Positions 9,345 to 22,152 of a stretch of 64,000 nt of DNA are shown here, in pieces. The DNA comes from Leucoraja erinacea. Lineage: Eukaryota. How positions within the stretch are numbered: the stretch's first letter is position 1; the number at the start of each line of letters is the position of its first letter. The notes beneath the pieces are model-generated. The model was not told where the DNA came from. It saw only the letters and a list, made by a program, of their open reading frames with translations, and made no database searches. The stretch spans positions 2,852,001-2,916,000 of the forward strand of contig NC_073388.1 in assembly GCF_028641065.1 (NCBI RefSeq), in the 5' to 3' direction. A program made the translations under genes and the position numbers.

Positions 9345-10335
9345 CACTCAAAGGGCAGTATAAATCTTCAATCTAAGTTAATTAAATTTAATTTGTCCAA
9401 TTTTAGATATATTAGAAATAATTTAACTATTGATTCAGCCAAACTATATTTTAATGCAATGATTGTGCCATACATGACCTACCGTATAACAACTTGGTCA
9501 CTGGCATGTAAGTCCACACTAAAGCCTGTTGAAATTGCTTATAAACAAGCCCTAAAAACTCTAGACAAAAAGCCCAGAATGTACCATCACTGTAGCATCC
9601 TGAAGAAATTTGATCTGCTGAGCTGGGAAAACGTAATAAAATATTCGGACTCGATTTTGGTTTACAAAATCTTCCGTGGACTAGCCCCACCTCCGTTAAA
9701 GGACTTCATAAAGAAAAACACAGAGGGCTGTGGAGGCCAAGTCAGTGGATATTTTTAAGGCAGAGATAGACAAATTCATTATTAGAACAGGTGTCAAGGA
9801 TGGGGAAAAGGAGGAAAATGTGATTAAGAGGTTGAGATCAGCCATGATTGAAAAGCACATGAAAAGCATAAAGAAAAACACAAATAGGTCGACAAGAGCA
9901 GCCTCCAGGGGTGATGGTATAGTCCCGTTTAGGAAAAGTGTCTTTGGGCAGTCAGTATTTTCATATCGAGCGTCGCAGACCTGGAACGCGATACCATGCG
10001 TCATACGGGATCTGCCAACCCTTACCTCATTTACCAAACATCTAAAATCATGGTTACTGCAAAATCAAAACTGCAATCATAATCTACCTTAAAATTATCC
10101 TATGGTACTCTTTTATTGTTACTTTTTTACTTTATTGTTTGTTTTGTTTTTGATTTTTGTTTTGTCTCTTCTCTTATTGATTGGTTGGGTTGTGATGTGT
10201 TTACCTTGTTTACCAGAGGGACTAAAGATGGAAATTAGCTACTGGCTACAATCTTGCGTATTACATGTAAATGTTTATTAATATGCACTGTCCCCTAAAT
10301 AAATAAAATCACAATTACAAAATTACAAATTACAA
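9345..10335 (+). mobile_element. L2-group (L2/Crack/Daphne-like) LINE 3' end
   Basis: ORF IRNNLTIDSAKLYFNAMI..Y...W...(insertion)...TRA....FSYRASQTWNAIP; T-rich 3' UTR, aataaa and (ATTACAA)n tail. Confidence 0.75.
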
Positions 10336-10976
10336 TCAGAAAGGCACTAATTGATCAGGGACTGTCTGCATAGATTTGTTATGGGATAGCACTGTTTGAC
10401 TAATCTGATTGAATTGTTTGAGCAGTTAACATGAATCAATCAGGGCAATGGTTTTAATGTAGTCCACATGGATTTAAGCAAAGCTCTTGACAAGGTCCCA
10501 TGTGACAGGCTGATGAAAAAAGTAAAATGCCATGCAATTCAAGGGAGAGTGGCAAATTGGATACAATATTTGTTCAGCAGCAAGAACAAAGGATAATGGT
10601 TGGCAAGTATTTCCAAAGGCTGTCACCAGCAACCAGGTAGATCTAGCATGTATAGCACCAGCTGGATTTGGCATCTTACTGCCATCTAATCCCCAAATCA
10701 TAATGAGTGAGAATAATGAACATTTTGAATCTCACACGGACAATCAAAAATATTTTTCCCTACACATAAACTAATATTGTTCTGATGGCTTAAATCTAGC
10801 CTGAATAGTTCAAGACTATCTAGTGTTGCCCATTTTATGAAAAGCATATCACTCAAATCAATTTCTGAAAATGAGTGGGTGAAATCTGTCAGGCCATTCG
10901 TTTCTTTTCTGATCAACCTTGAAAGAATATTTTACAGCGGAAAAGTGCACACACACGTCATATACATATCAAAACG

Positions 10977-10982
10977 TTTAAT
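10977..10982 (-). terminator. Candidate polyadenylation signal ATTAAA for PLS3 (about 1 kb 3' UTR)
   Basis: ATTAAA on the minus strand near the end of the unique AT-rich sequence downstream of the stop codon. A second ATTAAA lies at 11149-11154. Confidence 0.35.
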
Positions 10983-11995
10983 GTCAACTTTTGCCACCAT
11001 TACCATTGAATATTAATGAAAGCTTTGCTCCGCAATTAAAAATTTAGATTAGTAAATGCTAAATCCCCGGACGTAAAACACACCTCAAACTTATGAAACA
11101 TACCTGCAATGTACCAAAGCATCTCAAAGGTCCCACATTTCCAATATATTTAATTCTGACAGTTCTCAGAACATAAGAACTTTGGCACTTCTCTGCATAA
11201 AATGATTGCATAATATTTTAAATAAAACGTATTAATCTGTCATGCAGCTTTTGCTTTGTTTTTCATAAAAACATTCTTAAGACAATGAAACATGGTAAAA
11301 TGATGATTCATAATTATTCGGACTAAGGAATGCACTGAAGTCAGTATCTAGCATGGAGAATTAGAGGGGCTAGGTGACCTTTAAAAAATAAATTGCAGAA
11401 AATACATAATCTCTTCATCAATCAAGGGGAAAAATGTTTATGGTCTATGACTGTCTTTGGAACCTCAAAATTGCTAACTTTTACTCACAAAAACTGAAAT
11501 CGTTACTGAAACGTAGCAACGCAGGGTTTAAATACCTGCAATTAATATTACACGAGAGAAAAAATGCAAAGGGCAGTGATTGTCAAAATGTGAAAGACTT
11601 ATCATTGGTTTTTTGCTTAAAAAAAATACCACCCAATAAACCTCAATTACAATACCAATTACCCAAAAATAAATCTACCTACAAAAATAAAGCCCAGCAT
11701 GATCCATGTCCAACCATAATACATGCCCCATATTCACGCCATGGAGATAAAAACCTGATGGTGCTGATAAAGTGTAGCATGTTGGCATTTATATATGAAT
11801 ACAATTCATTGTATACTTTGCTAAATTAATGTATTATCACTTCAAGGAAAAAAATAAATGCAATTGTCTCCTTTCCAGGCAACTTGTTCCAGTCTTGGAA
11901 AGCGAAAAAATCAAAACTAGTTCTGCCAACAGCATATTTCAACCTGGAAATATCTGAAAGGCCAAATATTTGCTTTATAATTCAATGTCTCTCTT

Positions 11996-12166
<171 letters not shown>

Positions 12167-12264
12167 TTATCCGCAGAAGTCACTGGAACGTGGTCAATTA
12201 ACATGGTACTTTATATTTAAACTGCTTGGTATAGCAAATTGAAAATTCAGGCAAAACACGCACA

Positions 12265-12655
12265 GTGCAGGAGGATGAGGGGTGATCTCAGAGGTGTATA
12301 AAATCATGAGAGGAATAGATTGGGTGGATGCACATAGTCTCTTGCCCCGAGTAGGTGAATCGAGGACAAGAGGATATTGGATTTAGATAAAGGGGGAAAA
12401 AATAATAGGAATACGAGGGGTACCTTTATCACACAGTGTTGTACGTTGGTGGGTGTACGGAACAAGCTGCCAGAAGAGGTAGTTGGGACTATCCCAACAT
12501 TTATGAAACAGTTAGACAGGTATATGGATAGGACAGGTTTGGAGGGATACGGGCCAAACTCAGGCAGGTGAGACTGGTGTAGCTGGTACACATTGGCCGG
12601 TGTGGGCAAGTTGGGTTGAAGGGCCTGCTTTCCCGCTGTATCACTCAATGACTCT
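12265..12655 (+). mobile_element. CR1 LINE 3' fragment
   Basis: aggaggatgaggggtgatct...gaagggcctg..tgactcta. Confidence 0.8.
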
Positions 12656-13087
12656 AATTATGTTCTATAATGTTTTATAACTTTTAACACCCTTTAATAA
12701 GTCCTTTAAACACCTATATGTAAATGATAATCACTACTTACATTGATTATATTGTAATTTTGAAGTAGTGATCAGTTTTGCAATCACAATGCAGAGATGT
12801 GTGAAGAAAAGTGTTTTTTTTTAAATGGGAAGAGCTACTTGTCACCAGTGGTCTGGAACTTGATCACCTTATTTATACAATGTTTGATTTTCTTAATGTG
12901 TACGGATTTAGTTGCTTCTAAAAATTCAAGATGAGAACTTGCAGGTACATGGATTGGCAGCAAATCTCAGATAACAAGGACAGAGGATAGAAAATGTATA
13001 TGTTTCTCTCTTCATTCATTGCTGGCTTGACATGTAATTCCAGGAACATTTTTATAGCAAAGTGACAATGAAGTTCAGGTTACATAC

Positions 13088-13212
13088 TTTGCATTCTCTT
13101 GCTTATCTTCATCAGAAAGGTCTCCAGTCTTTACCAGTTCATAGTTAATAGAGTTAGGTTGAATGGCATCAATCAAATCCAGTATCGGCAGACTCGAACT
13201 TAAGTTCTTATC
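13088..13212 (-). CDS. PLS3: Plastin-3 coding exon 14 ([42 protein letters not shown])
   Basis: 125 nt, cag/gtatgt boundaries. Confidence 0.96.
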
Positions 13213-13249
13213 CTGTGTAAAAATGGTCTCATTTCAGGTTAGGAATTAT

Positions 13250-13880
13250 TGCATTTCAAAGGATTTGAGTATAGGAGCAGGGAGGTTCTACTGCAGTTGT
13301 ACAGGGTCTTGGTGAGATCACACCTGGAGTGTTGCGTACAGTTTTGGTCTCCAAATCTGAGGAAGGACATTATTGCCATAGAGGGAGTGCAGAGAAGGTT
13401 CAGCAGACTGATTCCTGGGATGTCAGGACTGTCTTATGAAAAAAGACTGGATAGACTTGGTTTATACTCTCTAGAATTTAGGAGATTGAGAGGGGATCTT
13501 GTAGAAACTTACAAAATTCTTAAGGGGTTGGACAGGCTAGATGCAGGAAGATTGCTCCCGATGTTAGGGAAGTCCAGGACAAGGGGTCACAGCTTAAGGA
13601 TAAGGGGGAAATCCTTTAAAACCGAGATGAGAACAACTTTTTTCACACAGAGAGTGGTGAGTCTCCGGAACTCTCTGCCACAGAGGGTAGTCGAGGCCAG
13701 TTCATTGGCTATATTTAAGAGGGAGTTAGATGTGGCCCTTGTGGCTAACGAAATCAGGGGGTATGGAGAGAAGGCAGGTACGGGATACTGAGTTGGATGA
13801 TCAGCCATGATCATATTGAATGGCGGTGCAGGCTCGAAGGGCCGAATGGCCTACTCCTGCACCTAATTTCTGTTTCTATA
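13250..13880 (+). mobile_element. Young CR1/HER1 LINE 3' fragment
   Basis: Open 180-aa ORF 13249..13791 plus tail; nearly identical to 22840-23238 and 45240-45870. Confidence 0.92.
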
Positions 13881-14390
13881 TTCATTGATGTTAGATTTTC
13901 CATTTTCCTTTTGTACCTTTTGAATCATGTTAAAGGCATATTGTTTTGTTACATTTATGAAGAAAAATATACTTTCATAATTTCTTTCACTGCAAGATCC
14001 CAAAGTATTTACCTGCAAATATGGTGATTTTTAAAATTAGCTTTACTGTTATTGCTTAGATAAACATACTTGTCGGATTTCACCTCATGAGAATTTAATT
14101 TCTAGGACCGTAAGATATCATCGACTGCTGGTTGAAAGATAAATCTTTCCTTTGATGTCAAAGTTCTACATTTTGTAAAATGAGGCATGGGATACAGTAC
14201 ACTTTAACAGGCAGAGTGTTTCAAGATTCACCATGGCACCAACGGGATTACAAATCCAACACCCAATCGTGTAGAACTCATATTGCAGGCACTTGTTGGG
14301 AAGCATCTGAGGACGTACCCTGCCTGCTCTCTCAGCTCAGTCATTGAATATGGAAAGGTGCAGCAGTGTCTTAAAAAAAATAATGCTTAC

Positions 14391-14514
14391 CTTAAAACTT
14401 TGGACTGTAGATGACTTGCCTGCATCTTTCAATGTTCTATTTATCCAATTGATAATGATATCATCGTTGACTTTCTGACCATCACCCAATTCTTCAAGAA
14501 CGTTCAGTGTATAC
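14391..14514 (-). CDS. PLS3: Plastin-3 coding exon 13 ([41 protein letters not shown])
   Basis: 124 nt, aag/gtaagc boundaries; within ORF 14337..14534. Confidence 0.95.
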
Positions 14515-14906
14515 CTTCCAATATATAATTGCAACTTTAGAATCGCTATGGTGATGATTTTATCTTAACGTAAGATGCTGAACTTCCCAATTAACAAGCC
14601 AGTAAACTACATGTAATAAAAGAAGTGGAGCCGAGACAAAAGTAACTGAATACATACAATATTTAAATATTGCCAGTGGTCAATAATCAATAAATCAGTG
14701 AAATAATAATGTAAAAGTGCAATTAGTGAGCATTTCTCAATTCCTTTTCAGGTGGGCCTAAAGGCACTTTTGTAATGAAGTGCAGTCACTGTTACAATAT
14801 AGGAAACATGTCAGTCAATATGTGCACTGTAAGCTCTGTTGTAGGAATGATATAATTGCATGAAATCAAGAGGTCTCTTAATAGCCTTTTAGAACAGTGT
14901 CAGTAC

Positions 14907-15040
14907 CTTCTCATCAGCTGCCAAACCAAGGCTAAAGTTAGCGTTGAGTTTCCATCATTTAAATCTGTTCCAGCAATGCCCACCAAGGAAAACTTTGCTC
15001 GCTCCTTTCCCAGGTCCACTGCATAATTACAGTTTTCTAG
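14907..15040 (-). CDS. PLS3: Plastin-3 coding exon 12 ([44 protein letters not shown])
   Basis: 134 nt, tag/gtact boundaries. Confidence 0.96.
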
Positions 15041-15123
15041 CTAAATAAAAAGAATCATTTGTGAAATTAAATTGATGGATTTTTGCTACATTTTTAATAT
15101 TTTTAGAACATGAATATATCTAC

Positions 15124-15238
15124 CTTTTTCATATTAGCACCTAGTTTGGGATATGGTGGCTTGTTCACCTTGTTCCAGTCAACTGGGACCTTGATTTTTT
15201 CATACAACTGCAATATCACGAGAGCATCAACTAAGTCA
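15124..15238 (-). CDS. PLS3: Plastin-3 coding exon 11 ([38 protein letters not shown])
   Basis: 115 nt, cag/gtag boundaries; followed by an 83-nt intron. Confidence 0.96.
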
Positions 15239-16441
15239 CTGCAACAAGAACAAAATCCACAGAATATTTCAGGAATCGGTACACTTGAGAGTTAATCACC
15301 ATTTAATCCTAAATATTCTTGTCTTGTGAAATAAATATAGCACTAAAACGGAAAATGTTGGGAGGTGTTAAGAATGTCTGGCAGCATTAATGGAGAGAGA
15401 AACAAAAGTTTCCAGTCAATAACTTTTTATCAGCACTGGAAAATATTATAAATTGAATGGTTACAACTTAAACCATATTCAATTTCTACTGAGACACAAG
15501 GAACGGCAGATGCTGGTATAAAAAAAAAACAAAGTGCTGGAATAACTCAGCAGGTCAGGCAGCATCTGCGGAGAACATGGATAGGCGATGTTTTGTTTCG
15601 GGGCCCTTCTTCAAACTGAAGGGTCCCGACCCAAAATGTCACCTATCCATGATGCTGCCTGACCCCGTGTTACTCCAGCCCTTGTTTTCAATTTCCATTC
15701 GTTCCTTGCTCTGCAATGGTCTGGAATGTTAACACGTTTTTCTCCCCACTTATGCTGCCAGATGGCCGAGAGCTGCCAGCATTTCCATCTTTTATTTCTT
15801 ACATAATCTTTTGATTAACATTACTCATGTTTGTGACACTCTGACCCACACAAATGTTATGGAACTAGAGTAGAAATAAGTTAATTAGTCTGCTTTTAGT
15901 GCCACTTGCTTTCAACTGACAAAGTTAAAACTGGCCCAAAACGGTACTACTACTACACCTGTGACTTTAAGTGGAATCTGACTATGGTACAGGTCAGCCT
16001 CTGACATGACAGGAGGGTTGCTGGCACCAGCCCACCCCCCGGCCGATTCCAGGCCAGACCTTAGCCGCCATCGCTGACCCACACTACTTCCTCAGCCGTG
16101 CCTGCCATCTCCAATCCTTATCTGCATCCCGGCCACCTGCCGACTGCCACCATTGATTCCTCCGGTTCTCGCCTCAACTCACCTGGATTCCAGGCCCAGC
16201 TCCAGACTGAGAGTCTGAAGAAGAGTCCCAATCAAAACACCACCAGTTGTCCAGGGATGCTGCCTGACCTGCTGATTACTCCAGCACTCTGTGTCCATGT
16301 GTATTAACCAGCATCTGCAGTTCGTTGTTTCCACTACTTATAATTCTTTACTCGGTTATAGAGGACAGTCAGCAATAACAGACACCATCTCTCTCGCAAC
16401 CCCCCGGGTCTGTTATAACGAGGATTTACTGCACCATCTTA

Positions 16442-16543
<102 letters not shown>

Positions 16544-17394
16544 TTATCGTAGAAAAAATGTTGCGCAGAAATTCATCATCTCAAATAACTTTAGTGCATA
16601 AAATAACTGATTTCTCCCCTCCAAATCAACAGTGCAAATGTCACTGTTGTATATTGTACTGAATGTTGCACCCTTTATCATGTATCTGGGCACTGATCCT
16701 TTTCATGTATAGCCTGGCTAGATAGCATTCAAACAAAAGCTTTTCATTATACCTCAGTACATGCGACAATATTAAACTAAACTGAAAAAATGTTTTGGAA
16801 AATGATGGCAGTTTAGTAGTTCCCATTGGACGACTTCCTGTTTCATTTCTCAAGAGTATTCTGTAATTGTAAGTGATGATTATCATTTGGTGAAATTGAA
16901 TCACCTCTCCAAGTTCAAGCTTGCATTTGCATGTGTGGAAATTAACTGTGAAGTCATGGATACAGCTGCTGCCAGTGAAAGTGTCAGATTTCTGGCGCCA
17001 AAATGAAAAGATCTAGTAAGAAATATTTATTTACCATTACTGAAAATAGATGAAACAGATTTGATATTTGCAATATGTTACTGAATATTAGGGTCCAGAT
17101 TAAAATCTAAGTTTTAAACAAAATAAGAAAGAACAAATTCCAATTAGTGTACAATTATGTGGAACTCTGGTAATGCCAGTCAGAATATTATGTACATGCT
17201 TGTCTATTTAAGGAGGATACATTTGAAGTGGAGAGAACACTTTCTCTAGATTTATTCCTGGAATGGCAAGTTTGTCACATGGAGAGGTTAAACTCAATCA
17301 ATGTTCTTGAGTTTATAAGAAAGGGAAAATAAAACATTTCTATAGAGTGCAAGGCGGCAATAATGCAACTATTGGGAAGTTTAGGAAAAAAAGG

Positions 17395-18092
17395 TGCAGA
17401 GTAGGCCATTCAGCCCAGTACCACCATTCAATAATGATCATGGCTGATCAACCAAAACCAGTACGCCGTTCCTGCTTTTCCCCCTATATCCCTTGATTCC
17501 ATTAGCCCCAAGAGCTAAATCTAACTCGCTCTTGAAAACATCCAGTGAATTGGTCTCCATTGCCTTCTGTGGCATAGAAATCCATAGATTCACAATTCTC
17601 TGGGTTCTATGTTCTTGGTTTCTTGGTCCTCCAAAATATTCCAAATGGAATTTAAACTGGAGGTGGGTGAAAAAAAATGTCCTCATCTCAGTCATAAATG
17701 GCCAACCCCTTATTCTTAAACTGTGTCACCCTTGTTTCCAGACTACCCCAACATTTTTCCTGCCCCAACATCTAGCCGGTCCAATCCCTTAAGATTTTAT
17801 ATGTTACTGTAAGGTCCCCTCTCATCCTTCTAAAGACCAGTTGACCCATTCTTTCATCATATGTCAGTCCTGCCATCCTGGGAATTAATCTAGTGAACCT
17901 ACGCTGCACTCCCTTAATAGCAAGAATGTCCTTCCTCAAATTAGACCAAAACTGCACACAATACACAATAAGTGAGGTCTCACGAGGGCCCTGTACAAAT
18001 GCAGTAGGACCTCCTTGCTCCTAAACTCAAATCCTCTCACAATGAAGGCCAACATGCCATGAGCTTTCTTCACTGCCTGCTGTACCTGCATG
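17395..18092 (-). mobile_element. CR1 LINE 3' fragment
   Basis: ORF 17772..17966 (YCVQFW...[11 protein letters not shown]) plus tail. Confidence 0.88.
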
Positions 18093-18882
18093 TTTGCATT
18101 CTTTCAATCATGTTGAACAAGTTAGTCATAGAAATAAAATAATTCGACTGTTAGTGGCAATAGTAAAGATAGGTCAGAAAGCCAGGTTCAATCCTGAGTT
18201 TGGGTGCCGTATGTGGAGTTTGTATGTTCATGGGCTTGCTCTGAGTGCTCAGGCTTCCTCCCACATCCTTAAGATATGCGAGTCAGTAGGTTACTTGACT
18301 GCTGCAATTGCCTCCAGTGTTGGTCGAATTGGGGAGTTTGTGTGCAAGAAGAATGGAATTAGTCCAGTATCAGTATAAATATGACAGTCAGTGCGGGCTG
18401 AAGGGCTTGATTCATGCAGTATCTCTCTACATCATGTTATATTAGTACAACGATGAAAGAAGAGCATTAGAATTTGTCGGTGATGATATCCCCACGGTAT
18501 GGTTGCTTGTTTTTCTCGCTGGTAAAAGTTAGACAGAGTGAAACTAATATTAAGTTAATATCACCTTTGGGAAACTGAATTACCACCATACAGACCCTGT
18601 CTGATTTAAGACCACTGATCCCAATGAAAAGCAAAATTATTTGGGCATGAAATAAAGTCAGTCAGTCAGTCAATCCAAACCTGCTCAGTTTCTCTCCAGG
18701 TTAAAAATTATATAGAAGCCTCCCCTGTGGATCCCATCATCACATTGAGGCACCAAAGTAACTAATTATCTAAACAGTGTCTCGACAGTTTTAAATTACA
18801 CTGCTCCAGAGGTCTCAACTAGGAGAGAACACCAGATTCAAACAGCTTTCCAGAAATACACAATACTCATTTGTAACTTTAC

Positions 18883-19078
18883 CTTCCAGCAAGCTCCAAT
18901 CAATGTCTTGATTCACAGGCTTTTCAAGCGCTGGATACTTGTTGAACAGATTAGCTACGAATGCCAAGTTCAGTTTTGGGTTCCCCTGGACAACATCTGC
19001 TGGGGTGACAAATTGTCTGCACCCCAGTTTGTCCGCCTCTTGTAACATGTACTCAGCTCGCTTCAGGTCATCTTTCTC
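18883..19078 (-). CDS. PLS3: Plastin-3 coding exon 9 ([65 protein letters not shown])
   Basis: 196 nt, cag/gtaaag boundaries; within ORF 18815..19084. Residues [13 protein letters not shown] and NQDIDW fit PLS3 better than LCP1. Confidence 0.97.
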
Positions 19079-19920
19079 CTGCAAGGTTTAAAGCAATGTG
19101 AGTGTGATCATAGATCTGGTCTGCTATTCTGTACAATTCACTGTAATTTACCGTCACTGAATTTTGAAACACAAGGAGTGATCTTTGTATTGTCTCAAGA
19201 AGGGTCTCAACCCAGAACGTTGCCCATTTCCTTCGCTCCATAGATGCTGCCTCCCCGCTGAGTTTCTCCAGCATTTTTGTCTACCTTTATATGTTATTTT
19301 ATTTGTTTTGTTAACCTGTCAGATGGGCAGTGTTGCTAATTGCTTAAGCTTCAGGGCGGTGTGGCAAATGGGAGATTAAAAGGATTCAGAGAATAGCTAA
19401 GAGATAGCAAAGTGTAATGTGATCGATTCTCAGGTTTCCTCCCACATCCCAAAGACATGTGAGTTTGTAGGTTAATTGGCCTCTGTAAATTGCTCCTAGT
19501 GTGTAGGGAACGAATGAGAAAGTGGGATAACATATAACTAGTGTGAACATGTGATCAATGGCCAGTGCGGCCCGGCGGCCTGTTTCCATGCTGCATCTCT
19601 TTTCAAAATAATTGAAGTCCAGGATTAGTTTACTATGACAGGTAGCACTTCTCATTTCTCCCTCAGCTTTAGAAAGAAATATTACTCAGAAAGGGACAAC
19701 AGAAACAAACCCATAGCTATTAGACGTTAAACTGCAAGACAGCAGAAATTTAAAATAAAAATTTACTTCAAAGATGTAAAATTCAAGCTTTATATTTACA
19801 TATTTCAAGAAACAGTCAAATCAACAAATTGCACTGTAAATCTATGGGGGGGGGGCACTAGTTGTAGAATCTTCTGCCCAGGGGATAAGCCTGCATTTGT
19901 TTCGGTTTTTTGTTCGTTCC

Positions 19921-20095
19921 GGTTAAGGAGCTGTGCACACGGCAGCCAGCCAACAGTCGCTTGTCTTTCTTTTTTTCCACTTTTAATTTAATTTCAATTT
20001 CAAGTTAATTTCCAGTTTTCATGCATCTTGTTGTGGGTTGCGACTGCTGGCAGACCAATTTCCCTCCGGGGATGAATAAAGTTCTATCATATCGA
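19921..20095 (+). mobile_element. Short bipartite retroposon with Rex1-type tail
   Basis: Tail gactgctggcagaccaatttccctccggggatgaataaagttctatc matches the Rex1-like 3' end at 2960-3010. Confidence 0.6.
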
Positions 20096-20211
20096 GTACA
20101 TAATTGTGGTTTACGATATTTGTTTGAAGGCTATGATCAATTCTTGTAAAGATACGAGTTCTTCGAGAAGGATTTTTCAGTACATTAATGTAAAGAAACA
20201 CTGGTACTTAC

Positions 20212-20307
20212 ATTGAAGCCCGACATATTGATGTCAATGCGCGATTCTCCTTCTTTATTACCTTTCGGTGCAATCTGAGCCAGGAGGTGATAATAGGCCC
20301 TTGAATC
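20212..20307 (-). CDS. PLS3: Plastin-3 coding exon 8 ([32 protein letters not shown])
   Basis: 96 nt, cag/gtaagt boundaries. Confidence 0.96.
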
Positions 20308-20789
20308 CTGAATTCAAACAAAAAGATGAATTAAAATAGCAAACCTACAAGTTTTGAATCAAATGTATTTATCATTTAATAACTAAACAAAATGTGCACA
20401 TGGCGTGTACCAATCATGTATCTGGATGTTGCAAAGTGCACACAACTAATGTAATATTTCTGAATGTAGGAAATGCATAAGCCAAGTTTTGGTCCCAGAA
20501 GTTGCTAGTTAATGACTAGGTATTTGGTTTTGGTGATACTATGAACTGCAGATGCTGGAATCTTAGAGTTTAAAAAAAAAGTGCAGGAAGTCTCTGGAGG
20601 ATTTGGACAGGCGGCGTTTTGGGCTGGGTCCTTTCTTCAGACTGGTTTTCGTGATGTTGATTGATGGACATCAGGAGAACTACTAGGATAATTGCACGGG
20701 CAGATGTCTCTGCTAACCGTCTCAGTCAAAAAACTGTCTCGGTGCATTTTAAATAGCAAACTAAACATCAAGAGAAGGGCTAACCTATA

Positions 20790-21250
20790 ATCATCCAGGA
20801 GCAGAAAAGACTGCAAAAAGTTGTGACCACTGCCCAGTCCATCATCACCGGCTTTGACCTCCCCACCATCGAAGGGATCTATTGAAGATGCTGCCTCAAA
20901 AAGGCAGCCAATATCAAAGACCCACACACTCATTTCACCATTGCCATCAGGAAGAAGGCACAGGAGCCTGAAAACTGTAACGTCCAGGTTCAGGAACAGC
21001 TTCTTCCCTGCAGCCATTAGGCTATTAAACACGGCAACAAATAAGCTCTGAACTGCGACAGACTATCATTATTATTATTATTGCACTATATTGGTTATTT
21101 ATTGAGATTAAGTATGTGTGCATGTGTATACACACATTGAACTTTTTTTCATCTCCCGTTATGTACTATGTTTACATATTCTGTGGTGCTGCAGCAAACA
21201 AGAATTTCTAGTCCTATCTGGGACATATGACAATAAAACATTCTTGACTT
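20790..21250 (+). mobile_element. Rex1/Babar-like LINE 3' end
   Basis: Translation LPSGRRHRSLKTVTSRFRNSFFPAAIRLLN; tail tgacaataaaacattcttgacttg. Confidence 0.8.
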
Positions 21251-21732
21251 GCATTCAGGTGAGGGCGATGCTCTTCAGCTAAAGATGATCTGTCATTTCA
21301 AGCTAAAAACATTTTAAGTATGCAAGAGGAAACCGCAGGCAAAAGTTATTCACACGGAATTCATACAAATCCTTTGACTCCCGTCATGTGGAATCCAGAG
21401 AAAACATTCAAATCAATGCGTCTCAACGTACAAATAGCATCGCAAGACCACAAGATGGCAGTACTTGACTTGCCACGTAATCAAAGATGTCCCAACTGAG
21501 ATTGGTCTAAGTGTCATGGTGTTTAATAAATCACTGATACTACAGCAAGAAAGGAATTTGCTAATGATCTACTCAAAAGCAGTGGAGGCAATGCATTCAA
21601 GAGATGGGACCTGGGCCCTGCGATGGGCGAGGAGTTACATGGAAACCACATTTCAGGTTCAGTAAGTTTGGTCACCTAAGAGCATGAGGGGGACAAATCT
21701 TAAAACTTTTCCTCCGATTCCCAGTCCCCTCG

Positions 21733-22152
21733 TCAGTTTAGAGATACAGCATGAAAACAGGGTCACGACCCACCGAGCCCACAACAAACAGCAATCACCC
21801 ATGTTCTATCCTACACACTGGGGGCAATTTGCAGAACCAATTAACCTAGAATCCCGCACATCTTTGGAATATGGAAAGAAACCACAGCACCCAGATAAAA
21901 CCTACGTGGTCACAAGGAGAACGTACAAACTCCGTACAGACGGCACAAGTAGTTAGAACAAACTGTGGAATTCTCTGCCTCAGATGGTGGTGGAGGCAGG
22001 TTCTGTGCATGCTTTCGAGAGAACTAGATAGGGCTCTTAAAAATAGCAGTCAGGGGATATGGGGAGAAGGCAGGAACTGATCCTGCACCTATTGTCTATT
22101 GTACCCCGGTCTCTGGCGCTGTGAGGTAACAACTCTACTGCTGCACCACTGT
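21733..22152 (-). mobile_element. tRNA-derived V-SINE (HE1-like) with a CR1 3' fragment (about 21957-22102, + strand) inserted in its B-box region
   Basis: SINE body motifs on both sides of the CR1 piece. Confidence 0.75.

Noticed and set aside
14515-14906. U12-type (minor) intron
   Set aside because: The donor is GTACTG rather than GTATCCTT, and no TCCTTAAC branch site is present on the sense strand.
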